Origin: Candidatus Poribacteria bacterium
Lineage (GTDB): Bacteria > Poribacteria > WGA-4E > UBA9662
Direction: 5' to 3'
DNA length: 64,000 bases
NCBI GenBank assembly: GCA_036339735.1
Contig: JAYZAL010000047.1
Coordinates: forward strand, 76,779-140,778
Shown here in pieces: positions 1-9,564 of the stretch; position 1 is the stretch's first letter; the number at the start of each line of letters is the position of its first letter. The position numbers and the translations under genes were made by a program. The notes beneath the pieces are model-generated. The model searched no databases, was not told the origin of the DNA, and worked only from the letters and a program-made list of their open reading frames with translations.

Positions 1-727
1 GTTCCCCCGCACGATTTTCTATGACTTTGACTTTATAAACTGTACCATCTGGTCTTACCAAAAAACTGAGCTGGACTATCCCACCTTGGATACTACCAGC
101 AACCAGTGATAGCGTTGGCCGATAACGAATGCCTCGTCCTTTGACTTCACCTTCAATACTGTAAGGTAAAATCCCAGAGACTTTTTGGGATTGGTTTTTC
201 CTTTGACCTTCAGATGAAACCTTGCCTGCAAAAAGTTGGTCGCCCCTGTCCGTCCTAAGTAGTTTTTGATTAGAATTTGTCGTACCGATTGGGTCTGATA
301 GAGATTGATGTCCAACATCACTTGAAAACGACTTTGCTCGGATAGTAGCGTTGAAGTCGGTTTCATTTCCACGTTGCTTTTGTCCTTTTGGAACATTATT
401 ATCAATCCACTGTTCGGATGCTTGAGATCGAATTTGTGGAAAATTTGGCAAATTAGAATTTTCAGAATGGCCGCTTAAGAAACTGTCTAGACTTTGTATC
501 GACTGCAGAGGTGGCAAGTCAACTGGAACCTCTGTAGGTTCTGGCACGAAAGAAACTACTGGTTTATTTATTTCTTTCTTTTCTGGCTCTCGTTGAAAAA
601 TTTCAACTTGATAAGCTGTTTCCTCAATTTTAAGCGATGGTGGTTGGTACACTAACCAAGCAAAAAACAGAATGGCCACCAAGTGTTCAACAATTGCTAA
701 AGGTAAAAAAAGACCGATCTTAAACAT
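1..727 (-). CDS. TonB-like energy transducer, runs off the window edge; not in the ORF track
   Basis: Manual translation from ATG at 727 (TAATG overlap with the exbB-like stop) is open to base 1. It reads: N-terminal TM anchor MFKIGLFLPLAIVEHLVAILFFAWLV with a central His, a Pro/Glu-rich linker (EPEKKEINKPVVSFVPEPTEVPVDLPP), then TonB_C-like GGIVQLSFLVRPDGTVYKVKV. Confidence 0.8.
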   Translation of the reverse strand, partial: MFKIGLFLPLAIVEHLVAILFFAWLVYQPPSLKIEETAYQVEIFQREPEKKEINKPVVSFVPEPTEVPVDLPPLQSIQSLDSFLSGHSENSNLPNFPQIRSQASEQWIDNNVPKGQKQRGNETDFNATIRAKSFSSDVGHQSLSDPIGTTNSNQKLLRTDRGDQLFAGKVSSEGQRKNQSQKVSGILPYSIEGEVKGRGIRYRPTLSLVAGSIQGGIVQLSFLVRPDGTVYKVKVIENRAGE

Positions 728-1434
728 TAGACCAACTTGTTTGGGGGTTTTGCCCAATCTCGGACATTTTCGTATTTTTCCTGAAACAGTTTATACTCTT
801 CTGTCACTAGGAATCGAATTAGGGACATTCCATGTCGCTCTAGTTCATTTAACAAGTTCTTAGCTTTTCGATTGAAGTAGTGATAAGCTATTAGCGTTGG
901 AAGGGCAACAATCAACCCAGCTGCTGTTGTCAACAAAGCTTCCGAAATACCATCAGCAATATCCTGGAGATGCTTTCCTGATTGGTCTCCTTTCCAAAGA
1001 GCCTGAAAAGATGAAGTCATGCCCAAAACTGTTCCCAACAGACCAGTGTACATCGAGACACTAGATAACATCGCCAGAGTCTTCAGATGCCTGACAATTG
1101 GAGGCCTTTCGAGTCTAACAGCCGTACCAACCGCTGACTTTAGTTCTTTTTCATCATAAGAACGATTAGAAATTCCGGCTTTCAAAATATTAGTCAGGGG
1201 TGAAGGAACCCGCTCACACATCTGAATTGCAGTTTCTGGCTTACCGTCTATAAGCTCAGCATATATACTCTGGGTTACATAAACTGATGGGATTACCCGT
1301 TTCCTGCGTAAATAGTGCGCTCTTTCGAAAATTAGAGAATGCGACCAAATAGAAAAAAAAATCAAAAGAGCTAGTAGGTAGCCCCCACCCGCTAGTCGTT
1401 CTAACCCTTGTAATATTTGGTCAGCTATTAACAT
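727..1434 (-). CDS. MotA/TolQ/ExbB proton channel family protein
   Basis: Three TM segments with the motifs GLLGTVLGM and IADGISEALLTTAAGLIVALP. Confidence 0.93.
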   Translation of the reverse strand: MLIADQILQGLERLAGGGYLLALLIFFSIWSHSLIFERAHYLRRKRVIPSVYVTQSIYAELIDGKPETAIQMCERVPSPLTNILKAGISNRSYDEKELKSAVGTAVRLERPPIVRHLKTLAMLSSVSMYTGLLGTVLGMTSSFQALWKGDQSGKHLQDIADGISEALLTTAAGLIVALPTLIAYHYFNRKAKNLLNELERHGMSLIRFLVTEEYKLFQEKYENVRDWAKPPNKLV

Positions 1435-1459
1435 GGTTTAAAATCCAATTTATGTATAA

Positions 1460-3268
1460 TCAAAGCTGTAGTTCAACACCAAGATCGACATAGCTACCAC
1501 GAAGGGGGTGATATGGCATAACCATCGATCCACTAGATAAATATGCTCCCCCAATAAAGATTGTTAGATACTGACCAAGGTTTCTCTTCATTTTTCCTTT
1601 TAGATGAATCAGATTCGCTAGGTTTGGCAACTGAATGGCTTTTGTCGTTTCTGATTGTAAATGGTCTCTCGTATCGATTTCAATTGTAGCTGTTAACTCA
1701 GTTTGCAAAATGCCAAACAACCAGTATTTGCAATCGATGTAAGCACGATTTTTGGCTTGGTAAGGCACATAAATCGGCTGTAAATCTCTTTGGTAGGAAA
1801 ACTGTAGTTCATCGCCATTAGAAGCCCTTAGTTTACCCGACAGGATAAAGCCGTATCGAGTAATCACCCGATCAGAATTAGTTGGCACCCAATTTAGTGG
1901 CTTCACTCGGTTATTCATCAACCCAATCGTTACTCCTGAACTATTACCTTCAGCTAAGTAAATCAAATCTGTTGTTCTATTGGCGAATGTAGATAAGCTA
2001 AAGTCAATTCTTTGCCCCCTATTGTAGGTTAAGTCAATTAGTTGAGACCAGTTCTTCTCTGGGTTCAAGAAAGGGTTTACCCGAACATAATTATTATTGA
2101 GATAAAGTTCGGAAATTGTATAGTGATGAATCTTTCTTTTTCCCTCGAAGTTCAATCGCCAATAGTTGCTGAGTTGGGTTGTTATCGTTAAGGTCCCACT
2201 CGGTTCTATTTGGGTGGATTCTACATAACCTAGTCTGCTATCTTTGCTTACATCACTTGGCTCTAAATTGCGGAAACTAACAATACCAAGACCTAGACCG
2301 AAAACAAAAGGACCTATTTGAGTAAATTGGTCTTTGGCGTAAAGCTCCAATAAGGTCGACCAATTCTGGCTACTCTGACCCGTTGATAAATTCTCCGCGA
2401 CGGATAAATACTGCGAATTGATCCCAAAATGAATTGGATTTGCCAAATTTAAAAAATGGCTTCTGATGTTAAAGTTAGCCTGTAAGTCAGTCACTCCGTC
2501 ATTCAATACACTAAATGATGGATTAGCACCGAAGACTTCCAGTTTTCCATTAGATGTAAATTGAGTCTTGTCAGATAGCCAATGGTGAAGATTCCAATTA
2601 GATGCAAATAATTGCAAATTATATATGTTGGCTAGTTGGTCTGACACATTCAATGGATTAGCGTTAGGTTCAGGAGATTCCAGTGTAGTTATTCCCGAAG
2701 TTTCTAATGGCCAGGGTAAATCTCGAATTGATATTTGTGATGATAGTGCTATCTCACTTAAGGGACGATAGGCTAAATTCAATCCTGCTTCTAGGGCTAT
2801 ATCCGTTCCTTGATTGCTCTTTTTTAAATCATCCAAGTCTTGATAGTTGAACTGCATATAACCATTAACTTTATTATACGCAGAGCCAGCCAAAAGTGCC
2901 CTAAAGAATGGAGCGATGGGAATACTAGGAGACGCTGTTACTAAAATGCTAGGATTCTTATTTGTTTCGAGCGTTTGCCGATCTATTTTCTGTGGTGTAT
3001 GGATCGAAGGTAGATTCCACAAACGTTCTTTGGCGTATACTCCAAGTGCTTGGTGTACAAATGGCCTAAAAGGGGAATTAAATCTGATTCTTGGCTCAAG
3101 TTGAATTTGAGTTGTATCAATAATACCGATGGTTTGTTCGTCTAAACGAATACTTTCCTCATCGTCCAAATTCTGGGGGTATACCATCGACGACATAAAA
3201 AGTAAAAAAAAGATAGTGAAAGTCAAAAAGCCTTGGTTGTCCTGGTACCGAGATGCAAGTATTATCAT
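1460..3268 (-). CDS. Outer-membrane beta-barrel protein (TonB-dependent receptor-like, little or no plug domain)
   Basis: Signal peptide, alternating amphipathic strands, NPFLNPEK motif like the TBDR 'NP.L.PE', and a terminal beta-signal YVDLGVELQL. Confidence 0.7.
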   Translation of the reverse strand: MIILASRYQDNQGFLTFTIFFLLFMSSMVYPQNLDDEESIRLDEQTIGIIDTTQIQLEPRIRFNSPFRPFVHQALGVYAKERLWNLPSIHTPQKIDRQTLETNKNPSILVTASPSIPIAPFFRALLAGSAYNKVNGYMQFNYQDLDDLKKSNQGTDIALEAGLNLAYRPLSEIALSSQISIRDLPWPLETSGITTLESPEPNANPLNVSDQLANIYNLQLFASNWNLHHWLSDKTQFTSNGKLEVFGANPSFSVLNDGVTDLQANFNIRSHFLNLANPIHFGINSQYLSVAENLSTGQSSQNWSTLLELYAKDQFTQIGPFVFGLGLGIVSFRNLEPSDVSKDSRLGYVESTQIEPSGTLTITTQLSNYWRLNFEGKRKIHHYTISELYLNNNYVRVNPFLNPEKNWSQLIDLTYNRGQRIDFSLSTFANRTTDLIYLAEGNSSGVTIGLMNNRVKPLNWVPTNSDRVITRYGFILSGKLRASNGDELQFSYQRDLQPIYVPYQAKNRAYIDCKYWLFGILQTELTATIEIDTRDHLQSETTKAIQLPNLANLIHLKGKMKRNLGQYLTIFIGGAYLSSGSMVMPYHPLRGSYVDLGVELQL

Positions 3269-3317
3269 CTATTCTGCTAAAATCTGTTCTGCTTAACTTA
3301 CTCGCTCAATTCTATTT

Positions 3318-6300
3318 TTACTGTATTTTTCGCAAAAGCTCTTGGTACATTTTAGTTGCATATTGATGTAACTGATTCCAGTCCTTTTTTTGATTAGTAT
3401 TGACTGATGAAATGTAATTTTTGTACAGGCTGATTGCATCTTCGTAGCTATCCTTAGCTAGGAGCTCTTTTTTAGCTTTTACGTAAGCGTCTGCTGCTCG
3501 AACTGCCGCATGCAGAGCTGTTAGTGGACTGTGCTGCTCCCTGAGATGACGGACCCGGAGATAAGTAGAGCCAGCTTCATAATATTGACCATTTAAGCTC
3601 AGGGTTTCCGCCAATCGTAATTCAGCATCAATGACAATCTCAACAGGATATTGATCACTTCCACCATCACGAATTTTTGCATAAGCCGAAATTGCTTGCG
3701 TATACTGTTTTTGGGCTCGATAGACATGACCCAAAAGGAGTTGGGTCATTTTGGCTTGTTCTGAACTAGCATACTTATCGAGAATCGTTCGATAAATCTC
3801 AGCAGCTTCCCCCCACCTTAATAACTCTTGATTGCAATTTCCAGCAAGTAACAACGCTTGTGGTGCATCATTACTACTCGGGTATTCCCTCGCTACTGAC
3901 AAAAAAGCTGCAATTGCCTTTTCGAGATTTCTCCCAGGATTGTTTTTGTTATACCAAACATAGCCAGCTTCATAACGAGACGTGGCGGCTAGTTCACTTT
4001 TTTTCGAGACCTTCTCAAAAGCGGCTATTGCTTGTTTGAACGATCCGATTTCTAGATAAGATTTACCTATGTGATATCGTGCTAAAGATGAGGATTCTGA
4101 GCGACCGTATTGATCGATGACTTTTTGGAATTCAGATATAGCCCTACTATAATTTTTTTGGATAAAGTAGAAACGGCCAATGTGAATCTGAACATCAGGT
4201 GCTAGAGGGCTATCCGGGTAGTTCTTAATAAGATAATTGTAGGCTTGGAGTGCTTGTTCACTTTTCCCTTGGTCCTCGTGGGCTGTAGCGATACCATATT
4301 GCGCATCATCAGCCCACAGACTTTTCGGATAGTGTTCAATGACTTTTTGATATCCTTGAATTGCTTTTTGATAATTTTTCAAATTGATATAGCTCTCAGC
4401 AACGTAATACTGAGCTTCAGGTCTCAGATCAAAAGTCTTTTCTGCTCCAGGTCGACCTGTCTGTAACTTCAGATTTGGAAAATTTTCGATAACTCTTCGG
4501 TACTCAGTAATAGCACTTGCATATTTCCCCAATTTAAAATAGGCATTCGCAATACCAAAAATGGCCTTTGGCTCTAGCTGCGAAGCAGGAAAAGATCGTA
4601 ATTGCTCTTGAAAAGCCATTATCGCATCGTTGTAACGTTCCAATTTGTAGAAGGACCAGCCAATCTGGTATTGAGCATCATCCCGCCAATTGCTAGTCTG
4701 ATACGTTTGTAATAGTTCAGAAAAAGTATTTATTGCTTTTTGGTAACGCCTCAAATTGCTTTGTGCTACGCCTTGGTGATATTGTGCTTGGTCAGAATAA
4801 CTACCAGACGGATGTTTTTTTATCATTTCTTGCCAACTTATTACTGCTTGGCCATATAATCTATCCTGTTCATTCCCATCAGATAATACTGCCTCTGAGA
4901 AATAAGTCCAGCCGACACCAAATCGGTATTTTTCAGCCCATTCCTCATCGGATTCTTTGTCTAACAAATCTTGATATTTTTGTCTGGCTGATTGGTACGC
5001 AGATTTGGATTCTTCTTGCCAATAAGTACTTTCAGCAATAAAAAAGTCGGCTTGCTGACGAAACTGGCTTTCTGGATACCTTTGGATCAAAGTATTACAA
5101 ACTATGATAACTTCGTTGTAGTTCTCGGCTTCGAATAAAGCTCTAGCCTTCCAGTACAAAGCTTCGTCGGCACTAGTAGTTGATAATTTACGGTCATCTA
5201 AGGTAATGAAATAATTATCAAAAGCCGATGCACTTTCAGAATATTGTCGCAGATTGAAGTAGGACAATCCAAGATGGTACAGAGCATAAGGTTTTAGGTC
5301 AGTGTTAGGCGTCAATTTCAGAAGGCTTTCGATCACCGAAACAGCACTCTGATAGTCTCTTAGCTCAAAGTAACTAATAGCAATCTGATATTGGGCGTCA
5401 TCAGCATAAGGTGAGTCTTCCCGCACTTTTTGATAATTAAGGATCGCAGAATTAAATTCTCTGGATAACCGGAAACACTCACCCATTCTAAATCGAGCAG
5501 CGTCACTCAATTCTGAGTTAAGATCATCCGCCACTAGTTTGAAAGCGGTTTTAGCCTCTGTATAGTCCTGCGTATTAGTACCGAGATTGAAATAGACCAT
5601 CGCTATCCCGTATTGAGCATTATCAGCTACTGTACTATCTGGATATAAGCGAATGACTTTTTGGTATTCGTAAATCGCCTCGTTTACCTTATCTTCTTCG
5701 GCGAGAATCTCACCAATCCAGTATTGTGCTTCTGCCGACAAGGACGACTTTTCACTTTCATCTAACAAGTATGTGAATGTATCTCTGGCTTCAGTCATCA
5801 TCTTTTGTTGAAAATAACATTCACCTAATCGAAAGCGTGCGTCAGTGATGTATTGTCTTAGCAAATTTTGGTCTTGATGACTATGGTTTTGGTACCTATC
5901 AATAAATTGTTGAAATTCAATTTGAGCTTCCTGCCACTCATACATTTGGAATAAGGATTCCGCAGCTCGGTAAGTAGCCTCAATTGTAGCAGAGTGATCT
6001 GGGTATTGATCGACAAAGAGCAGTAACTGATCGTGAGCTTTCTGGAATTTTTTCAACCTATAATCAACCCATGCAATTGAATATAAAGCATCTGCGGACT
6101 GTTTCGTCTGTGGGTAATCTGTTAGAATTTGATCATAATACTCACGAGATTTTTGATACAATCCTAACTTTTCGTAAGACTCCCCTATTAGGTAAATTGA
6201 CTCCGAAATGACCTCTGGTGAGTAAGAATTAATGTCCTCAGTTGCAGCTTCCCAAAACTCTTGAAACCCCTTGATTGATTCAGTATATTTGCCCTGACGA

Positions 6301-6650
6301 AACCAAGCAATTGCTATACCTCGAACGGCATCTAAGCGTAAGGAGCTATTTGGGTGTTCTGCTGTCAAGCGCTTGAAGTTTTGAATGGCTATACCGTATT
6401 GTTCTAAATTAAGCGCTGATTCACCAACTAACAGGCGGGCATCGTCAACATTTTTACTTTCAGGATATTTCTGGATAAAGATCTCGAATTGGTCCTTGGC
6501 AACGGCATACGCTTTTTTTTCGTATAATTTATAGGCAAATGTATAATCTTCACGCTCACCGGCATTTGCCGTAATGGTACAAAACAGGCATAAGAGTACA
6601 AAGAAATGAGGTAGGAATCTTGAGATCGATTGCTTATCGTAAGACTTCAT
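3318..6650 (-). CDS. Large exported TPR protein (BamD/CpoB-like repeats)
   Basis: Signal peptide ending TANA, then more than 20 repeats of the 'YP.S..ADDAQY.IG..Y' type. Start at ATG 6650 preferred; the ORF track starts at 6668. Confidence 0.9.
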   Translation of the reverse strand: MKSYDKQSISRFLPHFFVLLCLFCTITANAGEREDYTFAYKLYEKKAYAVAKDQFEIFIQKYPESKNVDDARLLVGESALNLEQYGIAIQNFKRLTAEHPNSSLRLDAVRGIAIAWFRQGKYTESIKGFQEFWEAATEDINSYSPEVISESIYLIGESYEKLGLYQKSREYYDQILTDYPQTKQSADALYSIAWVDYRLKKFQKAHDQLLLFVDQYPDHSATIEATYRAAESLFQMYEWQEAQIEFQQFIDRYQNHSHQDQNLLRQYITDARFRLGECYFQQKMMTEARDTFTYLLDESEKSSLSAEAQYWIGEILAEEDKVNEAIYEYQKVIRLYPDSTVADNAQYGIAMVYFNLGTNTQDYTEAKTAFKLVADDLNSELSDAARFRMGECFRLSREFNSAILNYQKVREDSPYADDAQYQIAISYFELRDYQSAVSVIESLLKLTPNTDLKPYALYHLGLSYFNLRQYSESASAFDNYFITLDDRKLSTTSADEALYWKARALFEAENYNEVIIVCNTLIQRYPESQFRQQADFFIAESTYWQEESKSAYQSARQKYQDLLDKESDEEWAEKYRFGVGWTYFSEAVLSDGNEQDRLYGQAVISWQEMIKKHPSGSYSDQAQYHQGVAQSNLRRYQKAINTFSELLQTYQTSNWRDDAQYQIGWSFYKLERYNDAIMAFQEQLRSFPASQLEPKAIFGIANAYFKLGKYASAITEYRRVIENFPNLKLQTGRPGAEKTFDLRPEAQYYVAESYINLKNYQKAIQGYQKVIEHYPKSLWADDAQYGIATAHEDQGKSEQALQAYNYLIKNYPDSPLAPDVQIHIGRFYFIQKNYSRAISEFQKVIDQYGRSESSSLARYHIGKSYLEIGSFKQAIAAFEKVSKKSELAATSRYEAGYVWYNKNNPGRNLEKAIAAFLSVAREYPSSNDAPQALLLAGNCNQELLRWGEAAEIYRTILDKYASSEQAKMTQLLLGHVYRAQKQYTQAISAYAKIRDGGSDQYPVEIVIDAELRLAETLSLNGQYYEAGSTYLRVRHLREQHSPLTALHAAVRAADAYVKAKKELLAKDSYEDAISLYKNYISSVNTNQKKDWNQLHQYATKMYQELLRKIQ

Positions 6651-6741
6651 TTTGAAATATCCGATCACGCTGTTGTTGGTGGGGCTTATGGCTGTAAAAG
6701 CAGGAGGCCATTTTGATCGAAAATCCGCCGGTCAATTTTCA

Positions 6742-6770
6742 ATTATATCACTGGTTTTTGGTCTTTTCAA
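6742..6770 (-). promoter_or_regulatory. sigma70-type promoter for the TPR/barrel/ExbB/TonB operon
   Basis: TTGAAA-17 nt-TATAAT with an extended -10 TG on the minus strand. Confidence 0.65.
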
Positions 6771-6895
6771 CTTACGCAATACAATCATATACAGCATTAG
6801 AAGCAACAAACAAAATCAAAAAAGCCAAGGAACCAGTACGATAAATGTATCATTTTGGGCTGATAAATTTCGAGCTGAATTAGAAAGATACTAAT

Positions 6896-7900
6896 CTAGG
6901 TAGTCGTGTAGTCTTCCTCAGATACGATAGTCTCAGTTTCAGCCTCGACTGCCTCAATTGCTTTTGTATCGCTTTCAGTTTGAATGAAATTACCGTCGGC
7001 ATCCCGAGTTGTTTCGCTATTACTTAAGGGATCAAAACTTTTGACAAACTGACCATCAATAAAGAGCGTAACTTCACTAGTTTCTTCACTGACTACAATA
7101 GCAGCCATAACCTCATCCAAGGATGAAGCATAAAGTGCTGCATTATGTCGCGCACTACCCTTGGTTAAACGCTCAACCTTGTCGTATACGCGATAAGTTC
7201 TTACACCTTCAACCATCATACAAGTGCGGAATGCAACACCTTGTAAGTCGATCAATAAAGCACCATCTCGCTCTTCGTGTCCGGTTACTTTCCCTGTCTC
7301 ATCTCGCAAAAACGTTTTTTCACCCATGAAGGCTAAAACTTCATTCACTTTGGTTGAGAAAATGTGGGGCAGGAAGTCAATCCCTTTATATTTACTCTGG
7401 TCGAGATGTTCCAATTGGCCATCGTGAAACTCAGAAAAGTTCTCACCAGCCATATTTCTGTAGTCAGCCAATACTACAAATAACCCTCGGTTTTTCTCCA
7501 TTCCTCGACTGGACATAGCAAAATGCCGAGCTAGTGAATATAACTTGTTGATATAGAGTTGAATCAAGTCTTTTCTGTCAGATTGCAATTTTTCGATTTG
7601 TGTCCGATTCAAACCCAATCCATTGATCGTTTCCTCTACAACACTATCGATATTTTCTTTTGTCTTTTCCTCAATTTCCGACAATTTAATCTGCAATTCG
7701 TTATAATTTTCGGATAATTCTGTTAGACTAGTAGAACGTTCCTCCAGTTCTTCCTCTTGTTCGAGTTTAGTTTCTAATAACTGTTCTCTTTCCCCTACTA
7801 AAGTTTTAATCTCTTTTTCTAGCTCATGGCAACGCTCCTGAAGCTGTTTTTGTTCACTCAGCATACTACGGTATTTTTGCCCACTTAAAATTTTAAACAT
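6896..7900 (-). CDS. Diadenylate cyclase (DisA_N/DAC domain) with an N-terminal coiled coil
   Basis: DAC motifs RDGALLID and GSARHNAA followed by AIVVSEET. Heptad-rich N-terminus. ATG 7900 has an AAGGAG Shine-Dalgarno and overlaps the upstream stop. Confidence 0.85.
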   Translation of the reverse strand: MFKILSGQKYRSMLSEQKQLQERCHELEKEIKTLVGEREQLLETKLEQEEELEERSTSLTELSENYNELQIKLSEIEEKTKENIDSVVEETINGLGLNRTQIEKLQSDRKDLIQLYINKLYSLARHFAMSSRGMEKNRGLFVVLADYRNMAGENFSEFHDGQLEHLDQSKYKGIDFLPHIFSTKVNEVLAFMGEKTFLRDETGKVTGHEERDGALLIDLQGVAFRTCMMVEGVRTYRVYDKVERLTKGSARHNAALYASSLDEVMAAIVVSEETSEVTLFIDGQFVKSFDPLSNSETTRDADGNFIQTESDTKAIEAVEAETETIVSEEDYTTT

Positions 7901-9491
7901 CACAACTTCTCCTTTTTCCTTTCCTGAAAAAGACAAATACCAGTAACAAAGATAAGATTATAATAGTCACGAGCAGGTAATAATAGACCAAATAGAACGA
8001 TTGTAATTTTTGTCCAGCTAGTTTGTGAGCTTCGCTATTTCTTTCTGCTGTTTTTAAAGCCTTTCTCAAATATTTTTTTGCAATCTCTGGCTTGTTTGTT
8101 CTTGTTGCGAGTTCCCCCATCACTATGAGGTAAGTGGCTGGCAGATCTGCCTGTCCCATTACATCTAAAAAAGAGTCATACAACATACTAGTAAAAGAAT
8201 CAGAAAACGATGGAAAATCCAAGGTACCTTCAATCCCACTTTGGAAAGCTTGGATTGCATCTTGGTATTCAGACAAATCGTACAGCATCTGTGCTAATTG
8301 AAACCAATTCTTTTCTGTTAGGTTTAGGTGAACGTCAATTGGTTTAACCCCCTGATATATGAAACTTGCTGCTCCATAATGTCGCTGGTTCCCTTTTGCT
8401 AAAATTGTATATGACTTACCTACTTCAAGGTAACCATTTGTCCAATCATCAAATACAAATTGACCTGTACCTTCTATTTTAATCTGGTAATCAGTATCCA
8501 AAATTTCAACAATCAATGAGCGAATACTCGACAAAGATTCACTCTTACCTCTCACTGAGATTGGTTCCAACTGGTATCTAATCGAAGTTTGTTGACCAGG
8601 TACAATTGAAATTTTCGGCAAGATTAGTTTTTTGAGTTGGTATCCCGACTTGTGCAATTCAATAAAACGAGCCATTTGGTCTAATTTATCGGTCAGGCGT
8701 AGCTCAGTTTGGCCGATTTTCGTACCATTCATCATAACCGAGGCTGCTGTTGGGTTCCCCCAAATCTTAACCATAGCAGGTAGTTTGAATAAAACTTTTT
8801 CTAGGTCTCCTGTTGGTACGAAAACTCCAGAATGAAGAGAACGAGATAACAATGTCTCGTAAATTTCAGAAATCGTCAGTTGGCGATTATCATCAGTGTC
8901 CGCAATAGATGGGTCATCAAAAAGGGCTTTCAAGCCGACGATTAGCCCCACACTTGAGTTCATGCCCGTTGAACCACTTATAACCGAGACAAGAGCTGAT
9001 TGGCCAAGCTGTTGCCGATTAGCATAAAAAGCTCCCAAATTACTATTTGGGGTAATACAGTCTAACAAAACAGTGGAGTCAATTTTTTCTAACCAACGAT
9101 TTATGTTTTGGCCACTAATCAAATCATCACCTTTCAAAACAAAGTAGATTTGATTGTTCGCATTTGGTGTAGTAATCCGGCCTCGGAATAAAAAAATCAA
9201 CCGGTCATGTGTACTAAACGAATTCCTGATTTTTGTGATTGATCTCTGTATGTCATTTTTACTACACTCCTCACCTGTTAGAGAAACAATTCGAGAACTT
9301 ATACCCATAGACGATTCAAAGTCTTTCACAAAGTGAGCACTAGAAAAATCATCTGTTGTATCCACTACTAGCCACCACAAGATTCCGTTATCATTATCGG
9401 CGAAGCAACTAAGATTATAGAAGAGAAGAAAAAAAATCCAAAATACTAGGTTACTTATGCAAAGAACGTGGTACCTGAACAAATGTTTCAT
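7893..9491 (-). CDS. Membrane-anchored protein: caspase-like (C14) domain with degenerate catalytic dyad, PEGA-like domain, TPR and C-terminal TM
   Basis: Metacaspase-like pattern LTGEECSKNDI...DRLIFLFRGR...VLLDCI...ADTDDNRQLTISEIY. PEGA-like GNPTAASVMMNGTKIGQT. TM helix followed by RKGKRR. Confidence 0.65.
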   Translation of the reverse strand: MKHLFRYHVLCISNLVFWIFFLLFYNLSCFADNDNGILWWLVVDTTDDFSSAHFVKDFESSMGISSRIVSLTGEECSKNDIQRSITKIRNSFSTHDRLIFLFRGRITTPNANNQIYFVLKGDDLISGQNINRWLEKIDSTVLLDCITPNSNLGAFYANRQQLGQSALVSVISGSTGMNSSVGLIVGLKALFDDPSIADTDDNRQLTISEIYETLLSRSLHSGVFVPTGDLEKVLFKLPAMVKIWGNPTAASVMMNGTKIGQTELRLTDKLDQMARFIELHKSGYQLKKLILPKISIVPGQQTSIRYQLEPISVRGKSESLSSIRSLIVEILDTDYQIKIEGTGQFVFDDWTNGYLEVGKSYTILAKGNQRHYGAASFIYQGVKPIDVHLNLTEKNWFQLAQMLYDLSEYQDAIQAFQSGIEGTLDFPSFSDSFTSMLYDSFLDVMGQADLPATYLIVMGELATRTNKPEIAKKYLRKALKTAERNSEAHKLAGQKLQSFYLVYYYLLVTIIILSLLLVFVFFRKGKRRSCDV

Positions 9492-9564
9492 GTTTAGCCT
9501 AAAGACACAAACAAGTAGTTTTTTTACAAGTTATGCTGTGTGTGCACCATACAGGTAATCACAA

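Noticed and set aside
76-405. 109-aa minus-strand ORF from the track
   Set aside because: It is an alternative frame inside the TonB-like CDS (727 to the window edge), which has a TM anchor and TonB_C motif.
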